From Neophaeotheca triangularis (taxonomy: Eukaryota), in contig BAAIJX010000016.1 of NCBI GenBank assembly GCA_054600435.1, forward strand, positions 372,001 to 429,131: 57,131 nucleotides of DNA, given 5' to 3'. Numbering within the stretch: position 1 is the stretch's first letter; every line of letters begins with the position of its first letter. The notes beneath the pieces are model-generated. The model was not told the origin of the DNA. It searched no databases and was given only the letters and a program-made list of their open reading frames with translations. Both the position numbers and the translations under genes were made by a program. Positions 23,567-34,912 of the stretch are shown here, piece after piece.

Positions 23567-24885
23567 TCAACCAAGGAACTCGGATAGCTTTTCGTCCAAC
23601 CACTTCACGTCCTCTGTGCTTTGCCCGGGGCCTTCCAAGTCAAATCAGCATACCCTCTCGATGGATCAACGACACCACGTTTTACTCACCACCAGCCCAA
23701 TGGCCCCATATCGAGGGAAAGGGTACGCACTCGCCAATCCCTGAGCGCATATGCGACACCTCGACTTCCGAGTCTTCCGGCGCTGTGGCCATATTAGCCC
23801 CCGCCTACTAGGTCAGGCGTGGTGACACCTACGGAAGTAGAGGTCCGTTTTGCTAGGGAGCACCAGCATTTTCGCCTGAATGCCCTTCATGGCGGAGTCG
23901 AAGTCGCCATTGTAGGGCTCTTGCTGGGAGCAATCACCCATCTGCCATGTTTGGAGCATGGTCACCATGTTCTCCGGGTCTGGTCGCACCATCAGCGAAA
24001 CACATTCATTCGTTCGCAACCTTGACCTCACCTTTCGAGGTTGCCCAAGCCTCCCAGAAGTTGATCATGAAATCCTCGATGTCCTTAAACCCGAGCTTGG
24101 ATTCGTACAGCTTCTCTCGATAAAACGCCTGAGAGAAGCCCCAGCCTTACACCAAATTAGGCTTAAATTCAGAGGCACGCACGGATGCAAGACCGCACTC
24201 ACCACTGTAGACCCTACCAAGGGCTTTGAGACCGACAGCTGTCTCCTCTTCGGACCAAGGACGATACTCGCCTTTGACAGCTTCACCTTGACAGACACCT
24301 GCAGAAGAGGCACCTTTAGCGCTCAGCAACGCCGACTTCACTCCCTCGAGCATAGCCTATATCGACCTGCAAGTCAGCCTCACCCGAGTTCGACACAAGC
24401 AGCGTACGAACCTGGTTGTGCAGCGACGTCTTCGCGGAACCGCAAAACGGCACCGCCAAATCCATGAAGCCCGGGAATTGCGTGGCCCATTGGTATGTCT
24501 GGCCCGCTCCCATCGACCAGCCCAACACGGCTCGCGCATGCTTGATATACAGCTTCTCGGTCACAAGCCGATGCTGCGCTTTGATATTGTCGTAGAAGGT
24601 TACGGTAGGGAATGGTCTCAGATCCGAACGATTGCTAGGGGAGGTAGATTGACCATTGCCGAACAGCGCAGGGATGACGATGAAGTACTTTGATGGGTTC
24701 AAGGTCTTGTCGTCGCCTATCAGCCAGACGTTGTCACCGATACCGCCACTATACCATGTTGGGTAGATGATTGCTGGTGAAGAAGGGTTACCAAAGGTCT
24801 GGTAGGCGATTCTCGCGTCTGTCAAGGTGCCTCCATGCTGAAGAGCAAAGTCACCCAGCGGATAAGTTTCGTAGTCATCCGCCAT
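23567..24885 (-). CDS. Homoserine O-acetyltransferase-like alpha/beta hydrolase (short bacterial-like subfamily); exons 24885-24412, 24356-24203, 24145-24032, 23979-23833, 23782-23690, 23631-23567
   Basis: Nucleophile elbow GWSMG, PTWYSG, FGNGQSTSPSN, RVYSGWGFSQAFYR, TDLYFPPED (catalytic Asp), SIWGHWAGG (catalytic His). Five GT-AG introns restore the frame. Confidence 0.9.
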
Positions 24886-25028
24886 TTCACGTCTGTGTGA
24901 GAAGCTCTCGTCTGGTGCACTCAGGAGGTTGCGCAAACTTGTCGCTATTTGCGATATGAAGACAGAATACTAATCCGTGGGAAAATGGACGGCCGTTCCA
25001 TCAAATCGACGGAATGATTGAGGCTCGA

Positions 25029-25046
25029 CCCCGCGATATGGTGGGG
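25029..25046. promoter_or_regulatory. Inverted pair of SYGGRG (CreA/Mig1-type) sites in a bidirectional promoter
   Basis: CCCCGC-N6-GTGGGG between divergent genes. Short motifs, may be chance. Confidence 0.3.
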
Positions 25047-25414
25047 CAGTCGATGTACATGATATATTATGGGTTGCGACTTGACCTACTGTACCCCGGA
25101 ATCTGCTGAAACGTCTGGGTACTGGGTTGCAAAGGGCCATAGGCACGCACGCATTGGTGTCTTGCTAGAAGAGGGCGAGGTGGGCAATGGCAATTACAAT
25201 CGTCATGCTGGATTGATGTAGGATTAATAATAATAATAATTGACGGAAAAGGGAATATATCTCGACAGCACTACTCCTGGTAAAGCCGATCGCCCTCCAA
25301 TAACCGGTCGGCAACGGATGTCGGCTCAATGATGGCTTCGATCTTTACACACTAGTACCTACATACCTAGGTAGTGTGACATAGGTACATGAACTCTTAC
25401 CTTCTCGACCTCTA

Positions 25415-26510
25415 ATGTCTATCCTTTCAGACATTGCAAGACATACCCGCTCACTCAAGCCCCTTACAGCTAAACCCAGTCCATCCTCGCGCATAGGAAA
25501 GACGTCGAGTGAAATTAGAAGAACAACCACCACCATGTCCGGCGAACCAGAGCAACGCAAGCAGGACCCGGCCGCCCACGAGCAAATGATGGACGGCGAA
25601 CAACACATTAAACGCAACCCACACGGCAACTTCAAACAAGTCGAAGCCAGCCGCCCACCCTGGCGCTCGCAAGAACAATGGTCCTTCACACAGACCAAGA
25701 AACCCGACTGGAAGCCCGGCCAGGGCGGCAACGACGGCGGCGAATCGCTCAAACACAAACACGTCGAAATCGACCCCTACGAAGACGGCCGTCCCGCGAC
25801 CTTCAACTACAAACTCCTCATCTCGGCCATCATCCCGCGCCCAATTGGCTTCGTGAGCACGCGCTCCAAAGACGGCACTTCCACAAACCTCGCGCCCTTT
25901 TCTTACACGCAGATGGTAAACCACGACCCCCCGGTCTTCATCGTGGGTTACGCGGGCGGTTTCGACAAGGCCAAGGACAGTCTCCGCAACCTGATGGACA
26001 CGGGAGAATGCACCATCAACATCATCAGCGAGCACTTCATCGAGGCCGCGAACGCTACGTCGGTGAATGCGCCGTATGGGGTTTCCGAGTGGGCGCTGAC
26101 GGGTTTGCACCCTGCTGAGTGCTCTGAGGTGAAAGCGAGCAGGGTCAAGGAAGCGGTTTTCAGTGTCGAGGGGAAGTTGATGGAGACGAAGGAGTTTGAG
26201 AGCCGTGCCACGCCTGGGAAGAAGACGGGGGTTTTGGCGATTATTGAAGGAGTGAGGTTTTGGGCGCGGGACGATGCTATTAACGAGGAGAAGAATCTTA
26301 TCGATCCTGCTGTAAGTCTTTCAACACGAGAGGTGCGGTTCGAAGCGTGTGTTTGCTAACCTTGACTCGCAGATTCTCCGTCCCATGAGCAGGCTCGGTG
26401 GCATTACTTATGGCAGGCTGTTGGAAGGCGTCGAGATTCCTCGCCCAGAGTGGAGCGAGATGGAGAAGGAGGCGCCCAACCTCGCGAAGCCCAAGGCCGA
26501 GGGGCAATGA
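25415..26510 (+). CDS. Flavin reductase-like FMN-binding split-barrel protein; intron 26312-26372; ATGs at 25415 and 25535
   Basis: YKLLISAIIPRPIGFVST, NLAPFSY, KDSLRN, ECTINIISE and, after the intron (GTAAGT..GCTAAC..CAG), LRPMSRLGGITYGR. Confidence 0.9.
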
Positions 26511-27425
26511 CTACGCCCGACTCTATAAACGAATCCAGCACGGCTAAACGCGCTAGATGGCTCACCGAGTATATCGAATCATGTATACAACTACATTAGA
26601 CTCGCACAACCCGCTCTGCAGTCTTCGGGCAAAACTGTATGCGACGCCTGGGGCTTGCTGCTGCATCATGACAACCACACTATTACTCTTCCCCCTCCCG
26701 ATCTGGCCCCAGTCCTTTGCTCGAGCGCATTCGAGTGTGGGTAACCTTTGGGCGCCAGCGTTTCTCCCTAATTCGCCACGCCATGTCCAACTCTGAACCC
26801 AGTCGGTTTTCTTGTCATCGATCTGAGAGTAGCTCCCCGGATCGCGCCTTCCTCAAGATTTGTAGGGGGAAATAATATTCTTCACGATTCATCATCCCAA
26901 GGGTAAATTTGCTTCACCCGCGACTTGGTCAACTTTCTGTGAGTCTTGACGGTTTTAGAAATCCGTCGTGACTTGAGTTGGAAGACTTCCCGTTTCTTCT
27001 TAGGACTGAGTTGAGATATGATATTAAAACGTACACTCGCCCCTCTCAGCTACGACCGCGGCTCAATGAATACAGTGAACCCTTAATTTTAACCTTCTCT
27101 TCCTAACTTAAGCATTGAAGCGGGTGCTTAGTACTACGGTTGAATCCCACCTGTTGTATCTTTTGTTCTGCTTTCGTATAGATCCTTTTTGCCATACGAT
27201 GGTCGCAGGCTTCCGGAAATGTTTCTGCAGTACTCTGAAGCTTTTTTAGGCAGCGTGGTTGTACCGGAAAGAAAGAGTCTTTGCGCAGGCAAGAAAAGGT
27301 TCTGTCCTCAGCCATAAGGTACAATCCCCAGAACCCCACGCCAAGCTTCCAGCCAAACCTCACCTCTACATCCTCTGGACAAAGATGGAGCTACTATCAC
27401 CACCAGACCGCATCCTGCTGACAAC

Positions 27426-28520
27426 ATGTTTGGCCGCATCGCAACCGCCCTAGCGCTGGCGGCCAGCACTGTCCACGCCATCGCTCTCCACCAAAGTGTG
27501 CGAAACAGCTATGTGGACCACCTGCCGACGGAATCCCACGACACCCGCCACACTTCGATAGTAGTCCCGTGTCCATCATGTGATCCTCCGGCCTCCTGGG
27601 AGAGGCAAGTGACAAAAACCGCCGGCGACGGCCGAGACCTCATTCCCAGTCTGGCAACCGGAGAACAAGGCCTGCAGCTCGACGTCTGGGTTTCGGAAGA
27701 CGGCAAGGCAGTGACTCTGAACGGACTAGAAATATTCCCCGAATACAATATGGGCCTCACCAAACTCCAGCAAGTCTCCAAACTGTCCACCGACTCCTTC
27801 TCAAAGAGTTCCGTCAACCTCACAGGCTCGAGCAGCCACGGCTGGGAGCGCCAATCCCCGCCAGAAGAAGAAGGCAAAAGATTCATAACCAAGACTATCA
27901 CGCTCGAAAACGTCAACATGATTGAATTGCTCCGCGGCGTCACCGTATCAATCCAACTCGAACAAGCCGCCGTCCCAGACGGCCAAGTGCGCATCGCCCA
28001 CGTGACACCACTGGAGCGTAGCGGCCACAAACGCCCCCTTCCGAACACAAGACTCACCGGCCCCGATGAACGGGATTTCGGCCCCGCGCCCCCGGAAGAT
28101 GCGGCTTGCTCGGCCCTGGCTGATGCCGAGGAGCAGGAGCGCATGTTTTGTCTTTTGACGAGCGAGTATGAGGGGCTAGCGGGTGCTAGGGCGGAGGTTT
28201 ATGATGTGGAGCAGGTTGCTCGCAACCGAGCGGTTCTTCGCGCAGTCGCGGCTGTGGTTCCGCCGATGGTGATGGCAGTGGCACTGACTGTTGTTGCGTT
28301 TTCGATCGGGTTGGTGGGGGGGATTGTTTACGGGGCTCTGTGGCCAGCGCGCCGGGAGCGAGAGAACGGTGGTGGTGAAGACTTGCCGCGCGATATCAAG
28401 AGCGAGCGGGGGGACGAGAAGAGTGCGCCGTGGTTGACACCGGGGTATGAGGATTCTCCACTAGGCTATAGGCAAGAGAAAGAGGGGTGGAAGGGGAGGT
28501 TGTGTTGCTCTGAATCGTAG
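27426..28520 (+). CDS. Secretory-pathway single-pass membrane protein of unknown function, 364 aa
   Basis: Signal peptide MFGRIATALALAASTVHA, VPCPSC motif, hydrophobic segment VAAVVPPMVMAVALTVVAFSIGLVGGIVYGALW followed by RR and a cytosolic tail. Confidence 0.8.
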   Translation: MFGRIATALALAASTVHAIALHQSVRNSYVDHLPTESHDTRHTSIVVPCPSCDPPASWERQVTKTAGDGRDLIPSLATGEQGLQLDVWVSEDGKAVTLNGLEIFPEYNMGLTKLQQVSKLSTDSFSKSSVNLTGSSSHGWERQSPPEEEGKRFITKTITLENVNMIELLRGVTVSIQLEQAAVPDGQVRIAHVTPLERSGHKRPLPNTRLTGPDERDFGPAPPEDAACSALADAEEQERMFCLLTSEYEGLAGARAEVYDVEQVARNRAVLRAVAAVVPPMVMAVALTVVAFSIGLVGGIVYGALWPARRERENGGGEDLPRDIKSERGDEKSAPWLTPGYEDSPLGYRQEKEGWKGRLCCSES

Positions 28521-29804
28521 TGTAGTATCTAGATAACGTCATACAAGACCCTCTACAGTGCCAGCTCGTCTCTTTACCCAGCCTTTTTTTTTTTGAAGTT
28601 CCACACCCCCTTTGATTGCGACTAGAGTCTCATTCGCCTTTCCACACCCCCTTCCAGAGCAATCAGAGCCCCATTCACCCACCCAGCTAGCTACCCAGCA
28701 CTACCCACGACTTTAAAGCCCGAAGACTGCCCGCTAGACGTCCGACTGAAGTCAGGGAGCGAGAAGGGCAAGGTATGGCGTCCCCATTGGGGCACGAGGA
28801 ACCCTTAAGCCAGGTATGTAAAAGATCTAGGCTACATGAAGGAGAAGGAGTCGGGCGAATGGGGGAGGCTGTCTGGCACTAAGCAAGCAAATACGTTGCG
28901 GTGTGTGGAAGTGGCGAGACCTTTCCCGCTGGCTAGAGTGGATGACGGGTGGACATATATATGCGTCGGTGTGCATGGGATACTGCCGGCTCGGCTTTCT
29001 CTTCGCTCTCTCTTTCTCTTATCCTAATATGCAAAAACAAATCCACCTTTGTTCGTAGCACCTGGGAACCCGTTCATCCAGCCATCTAGCTAGCTGACTA
29101 ACACCATCCACACACAACTTTTTAAAACCCTCAGTCTAAAGCAGCATCCACCTCCTATAACATGGGCGGAAAACCCAACCTCAGCAACAATAGGCAGCCT
29201 TCACGAACAAAGCCTACACCTCCCTCCCCTAGCCTTAGCAAAACGACCTTACACGCATCAAGCATCATCGTCTATGATCATGCCTACGGGCTATTTTCTT
29301 TCTTCTTTTTTTCTTTTTTGCGATTCGGAGACGGAAGAGGCTATCTGTGTAAGCTACCTTTTCCCACCCCTACCCTCGTCCATGCAATCTGCACTGCGCC
29401 CTTTAGAAAAAACCAAGGGGGTATCCTGACCTAACCTAACCCAACGCGATCCGACGCAACGCGACGCTACCCAGTCCATCCCATTCACGCAATCCATCCT
29501 ATCCGCGGGAGAAAACCGGGATGAAAGTCTCCAAGTCGGCGATCTCAGCTCAGCTTTGGTAGCAAGGCGCAAACGGCTCGACAACCCAACCAACTGTCCA
29601 ACCACTCCAGCTATTGCACCATCCAACCGCCATGCCGGACAATCTCCTCCGCCACCAACAAAAGCAGCGCGACGAAAATAATCCTTCAGCCAGCAAAGCC
29701 TAAAAAGCATTCGGCGGGGGAGGGGGGGTGGGGAGAAACCCAAGTCGACACTCAAATCCCTTCTGAAACCTGATTTAAACCGCCAAAACCGTTTCCATTC
29801 CATC

Positions 29805-32561
29805 TCACAAACTGAAGACCGGCGCCTTGACCAAAACAACCCTACCCCGGACTTGCACGCCAATACCAGCAGCCATGCGCGCTCTAGGCGGGCCAACGGG
29901 TTCTTCTTTACCCTGCGCGCTCTCGGGACGTCCAGCACCAGCACCAGCAAGACCCTGACCCTGCTGCTGCTGCTGCTGCTGCTGCTGCGAAGTCTTGGCC
30001 CCCTTCCCGGAAGAAGAGGAAAAAGCACTCAACATACCCCTCTTGCCCGTCTTGGCTTGCTCAACACCGCCATCGCCCGACTCGGCCGTGACGTCGGAAG
30101 CGACGCTCTTGAGACTTTCGCCGTCGTCGGCGATACTGACGCCGAGGGGCGGGATGCCGGACTCGACTTTCATCTGCTCCGGGACGATGGGGGTGCCAGG
30201 GAGAAAGTACTCGACAGCGACGTCGCGGGACTCGACGGGTAAGTGGATAGCGATGCTGACGACGAGCTCAATGATCATGTGGACGCCGCCTTCGAGATCA
30301 GCCGGAGGTGGGTCCTGAAGGTGCGAGGCGAGAGCGGCGATGAGGTTGTTTTGGAGAGTGGTGGTCAGCGTTTGGCGGTTGGAAGGGCAAGCTGGGGAGC
30401 GGAGAGCGTCGGTTAGGGCTTCCAAGGTTGAGAGGCGCCAGTTCACAACTTTGGCGATGAGGTAGTCTTCTTCTTCTGCGGACTGGGCGGGCGGGGCGAA
30501 GCGGCGAATATTGCGTTGAAGAGTTTTGAGAAGGGTGGAAGTGGTGGGGTCGAGGTCCGGGTGGAAGTATTTGTCGAAGACTTCTTCGACTAGCCAGCAG
30601 GAGATGAAGGCGCGGCCGGCCGCGGTCATTTCTTGTTTACCGGTTTGCACGGCGTCTTTGTTGACGGATTGGACGAGCCAGGGGGGCATACTGCGCCAAT
30701 TTTTGCGGATGCTAAAGGCGAGTTGGGCGATGAGGCCGTCGAGGCGGTTAAAGCGTGCCGTGTATTCGCTGTCATCGAGCGAGGTGCGGGATTGGGAGAG
30801 TCGTTGGTGCGCGAGGCTGTTTTGGAGCTGCTTTACTTGGTCTTCTTTTTCAAAGTAGTACTTTTTCACCTTGGTGTACTTTTCGCCTGTCGAGTGTGTT
30901 AGCGCAAAGGACATGGGATGCCACCTGTAAATCGCTCGACATACGAAGCTCCTTGTGGTCTTTGACCAGCTGGGCAACATCCTCTTCAGACATCTCTTCT
31001 AATCCGCCTTGCAGAGGTGCTTGTGGCGTCACTCTTCCATGGTCGCCCTGCTGCCGATACCCCTGTCCCTGAGATAGAGGGGGCACTACTGATGCGTTGT
31101 ACGACTGCTGCTGGCCTCCATTCCCACCGAGTCCTGAACCCTCCCGTGGCAGTCCGTTGTGAACACTCTGTCTACTGCTTCCCGTTGAGCGCATACCCTT
31201 GGAACCAGCTGGGTTGCCTCCATTGTTTGACGAGGACATTGGCGTCTCGTCAGGCCTTTCCTGCAAATTGAAGCTTCGTGACTGCTGTAAACCGGGCTTG
31301 TGGTTTTCTTGCGAGTTGTGATCGGCTGGCGAGTAAGATTGACTCCCCTGTACCTGAATATGTGGTTGTTCTTGTGGCTGGAAGTTGGGCGAACGGCTGA
31401 CGTTCAAATTGCTTGCTTGTTGTGTTTGCGAAAGGATGCCTGCATTTGGATGGCTCGCAGGGCTCGGACGGGTGGTGATGTAGCTGGGTTGGTGTGACTG
31501 CTGGCCTTCGTAAGGATGCTGGCCTTGTTGGTAGACAGGCTGAGGCTGCTCGACAGGCAAAGGCGGACTCAGCGCGGTTTGCTGTCCGCCTTGCCGCTGC
31601 TCCCTGAAACCTTGTTCGGTGTTCAAACGCTGCAGACGGCGCTGCGACCAACGGTCTGTTGCTGGAGGGGGTTGTTGCCCGCTATCCGACGAAGTCTTGG
31701 CCTGGCCGCTGTGGTGCGAATTGCTCATGGATGATTGACGCTGCGACTCGTAGGCGGCTTGATCGTACAAGGCACTAGCACCGACACCGCCCACTCCGTC
31801 TCTTTGCTGCAACGGTTCCGGCGACCTGCTGTCTACCAGGGATTCTGGCGAATACGGGGGGTTGAAGAGGAGGGAGGGGGAGATCGACGGCGAAGGTAGC
31901 GCGCCGTTACTGGGCGGCCTTTGCTCGGTGGAGTGATAGGACGGGTGGCTGCCGACACCTAGAAGGTGACCGATGCTCCGGCGATCTGTTCGAAGGGCGT
32001 TATCAACATGGTTGTTCAGAGACAATCTGCCTTCACCGCTCCATTGTTCATGTGCTCCCCGCCATTGCGTCAAGAGGAGCTACGGGAGCTGTAGTGGAGG
32101 CGGAGCGGATATAATAATAGTGGATACGAGGAAGAGGAGGAGGAGGACGGTGATGATGATGATGATGGTGATGCTGATGATGATGATGAAACGTACTCGT
32201 GACAAGACCCGCAGGCGGGCTACTGGCGCGATCGCGGCGTATCGATTTGGAACGGCTGAATTGAGGCGACGTTGGGGGGAGTAATGGCAAGTCTGGTGAA
32301 GAGTAGCAAGAAGAGAGTCAGTGATGCCGTATTACTACCGGCAGAGTAGTGGTAGTGGTAGTGGATGCCGTGATGGCGGTTGTTGTTGTTGTTGTGGTTG
32401 TTTCTTGGGTGCTGCTAGGTACATAGCCTGCCGGTGGGTAAAACGAAAGGGTTTAGGAAGCACGCACCAGGATGTTGCAAGGATGCGTCGCTGGCGAAGA
32501 TGGTATTATTGCTGGATGACTCGGACTGCCTGTTGGTCTTTTTCCGCGAGAACTTCTTCAT
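29805..32561 (-). CDS. Conserved Pezizomycotina-type hypothetical protein (Q/S-rich N-half, coiled-coil/helical C-domain); 5' end tentative
   Basis: Intron 30944-30887 (GTATGT..GCTAAC..CAG) joins KELR-EKYTKVKKYYFEKEDQVKQLQNSLAHQRLSQSRTSLDDSEY. A tentative exon 32561-32468 (MKKFSRKKTNRQ...) splices in phase to 31985; otherwise the first in-frame ATG is 31728. Confidence 0.8.
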
Positions 32562-33059
32562 AAGGAAAAAGAAGAGGGCGTCAAAAGAGACAGACAGGTG
32601 TAAGGGGGGATGACTAGGGATCGGGTCTTTGAATTCGCTGCTAGCCAACGCCTCGTTGCAAGGACAAAGGTTGATGGATTTGATGATGCCCGCTGCTGAG
32701 TTGTCGGGACGAGCGAGGGACGTGGAAGGTAAGGTATTATTGCATGGATAATTAGGAGGTAACAGCAGCAGCAGCAGCAGTAGTAGTGTAGTAGTGGTAA
32801 AGACTGCACAGTACTACTAGTATGTTTGATGCATCCATCTTCCTTTTGCTCATGATAACGACTACATAGCACCTACCTAACCTATTTAACCTACCTAACC
32901 TACCTACTCAACTAGTCCTATCTAAAGATGGATGGGAGGGGGAACGGTAACGAATGAGCTTGCAGTCGCATCGCTAAAAGGTACGGTACGGTACCTCCTG
33001 TATATTATTACCTTATTAGCACCAGGCAAGCTCGTGCAGAGAGCCTCAGATAGATTCAT

Positions 33060-33300
33060 ACTACTAGTAGTACTTGTATGTATTACTACTACCTCTAGTG
33101 CCTTTTAAAGCAACCTGGGTGCTAGAATCGTTTACGCACACTATAGTCTCTATAGGCCTTGTATAGTACAAATTCATTCTCACTAGGTAGGCTACTATAC
33201 TACTAACATCAAGCAGAATACCTACTATGTCTATCGACCCTGCCACTGCTGCGTTTTAGGAGGTGCTTAATAAAACAGCCCCATCACGCCGATCCATGTC
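33060..33300. other. Short TpA-rich RIP-like relic
   Basis: Dense TA/TAG (ctatagtctctataggccttgtatagtac...taggctactatactactaac) relative to flanks. Estimated by eye. Confidence 0.45.
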
Positions 33301-34272
33301 GCGAACTGCCCCGCATTTATTTTAGGAACGTTAAAAAAAAAAGGTACGATGGTACGGTACTGCCTAGGTGCCCAGGTAGGAGTCGGACTAAGAGATCCCC
33401 ATTTCCGACTTCACCTATACATAAAGTACCTCCACCCTCTGCCTATAGGCTGTACCACTCTTATGCTCAGTATTACGACAAAATGTCACATCAGGCACAA
33501 CAATTCGAAACACTCTTTACTCGCTGGAAAGACTAAATGTATCGTCTTGGACTTATTGACGTTATGAGCGCAAGCACTGCCGTCAAGGGATTGGACGAGT
33601 CGTCTAGTACTTCTACCGGCCGACTATCAAGACCTTATACGTCTTCACGTTGCACATGGTCAGGCAAAGGATTAGTATGGCAAGGCAGCGTGCGTCGCAT
33701 ACTTTAGGTGCTTCTTGTTCGCCCGAAAGCTATGCCTCAGCCCTAGGTTCCCGTCTCTAGTATGATCGACAGGAACAACCTACTCTAGAGGGATGATGGA
33801 ATGTCGGTCAAGCGCAGGGCGTACTACGAGTAGAGAAGAGCATGGCCAATTATGTCTGTACAACGTTCTCAGGCATGTGGAACTGAAGAGAGTGGATTGC
33901 AATGGTAGGTAGGTGAGGACGGCAGCAAGCCAAGAGGTGAGGTTCGCACTCGTACCTTCTCCTTCATTGAACGCCCGGTGTATAACTTCTCGTGCCTTCC
34001 TTTTCTAGCCATTTACGCAGGTTTCACAATTCCGCCGCACGTGTCCACGTTGTTGAGAGATTCGACCACGCTGAGTCAACAAAGCGTCACACGTTCCGTT
34101 TCTCACTTGTTACTTCTTCACCTTCACCAACTCCAACTCCATCTCTCCTTTTCTCTTTCCACCACAACACTCAAATACCTATCAGAATACCTATATTCTC
34201 TACTTCACAGCTCTCCCTTCAAGAGCAGATCCACACCGCAACACGCTACCACCCTCATCTACAAACAACACC

Positions 34273-34912
34273 ATGCGCGTCACCAACTTCCTCCTCGCCC
34301 TCTGCGGCATGCTCTTCACCGCCGTCAACGCCGCCGCCATGTTCGAAGGCAAGCCTTTTGAGGTCACCCAGGTCCGCATCACCACGGCCATGAATATGAC
34401 CTCCTTCCGTTTCACCGTCCGCGACCCTGAGCCGCTCGCCGACGAGTCTGCGGTCTGCGTAGGCACCTGGGAGGCCGGCTCTACCGAATGGGAGGTTGAC
34501 GGCTACGTAAGCGCAAGGAATCTCACAATCTCCCCTTTCACAACACTAACCTAGCTCTTCGTCCCGCAAAGGCTCCCTGCCTAGGCAACACCACCCTCGC
34601 CTGGCAGATGGAGTCATTCAACAGCATCCGCGACTTCACCTTCGGCATCCAGCACTCTTTCTCCGACCCAGCGTAAGTTTTGCTTCAAAGCAGCTACTAA
34701 ACATCCATCTCACTAAACGTCCTCCCCCGCACAGTATCGGCAGACCCCCTTACGACCGCGTGAAGAACTTCGCCCGCGCAGAGTTCAACAGCACCATGGA
34801 GCAAGCCCTGTGCACGCCAACTAACGACGCGCGCGGCAACCCAAGCTGCCAGCAGCTGGCGGATACCATCATCGATGCTCCCATCCACGCTTCCATTGCC
34901 AAGCGCCGTTAG
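34273..34912 (+). CDS. Small secreted protein, AA1-like (Alt a 1-type beta fold) candidate effector, about 170 aa; exons 34273-34506, 34572-34672, 34735-34912
   Basis: Signal peptide MRVTNFLLALCGMLFTAVNA, FRFTVRDP, C-x3-W, four Cys in the mature part, two canonical introns. Ends IIDAPIHASIAKRR*. Confidence 0.85.

Noticed and set aside
29354..30028. 224-aa alternative-frame ORF overlapping the end of the 29805 gene
   Set aside because: Non-ATG start, low-complexity frame artefact.
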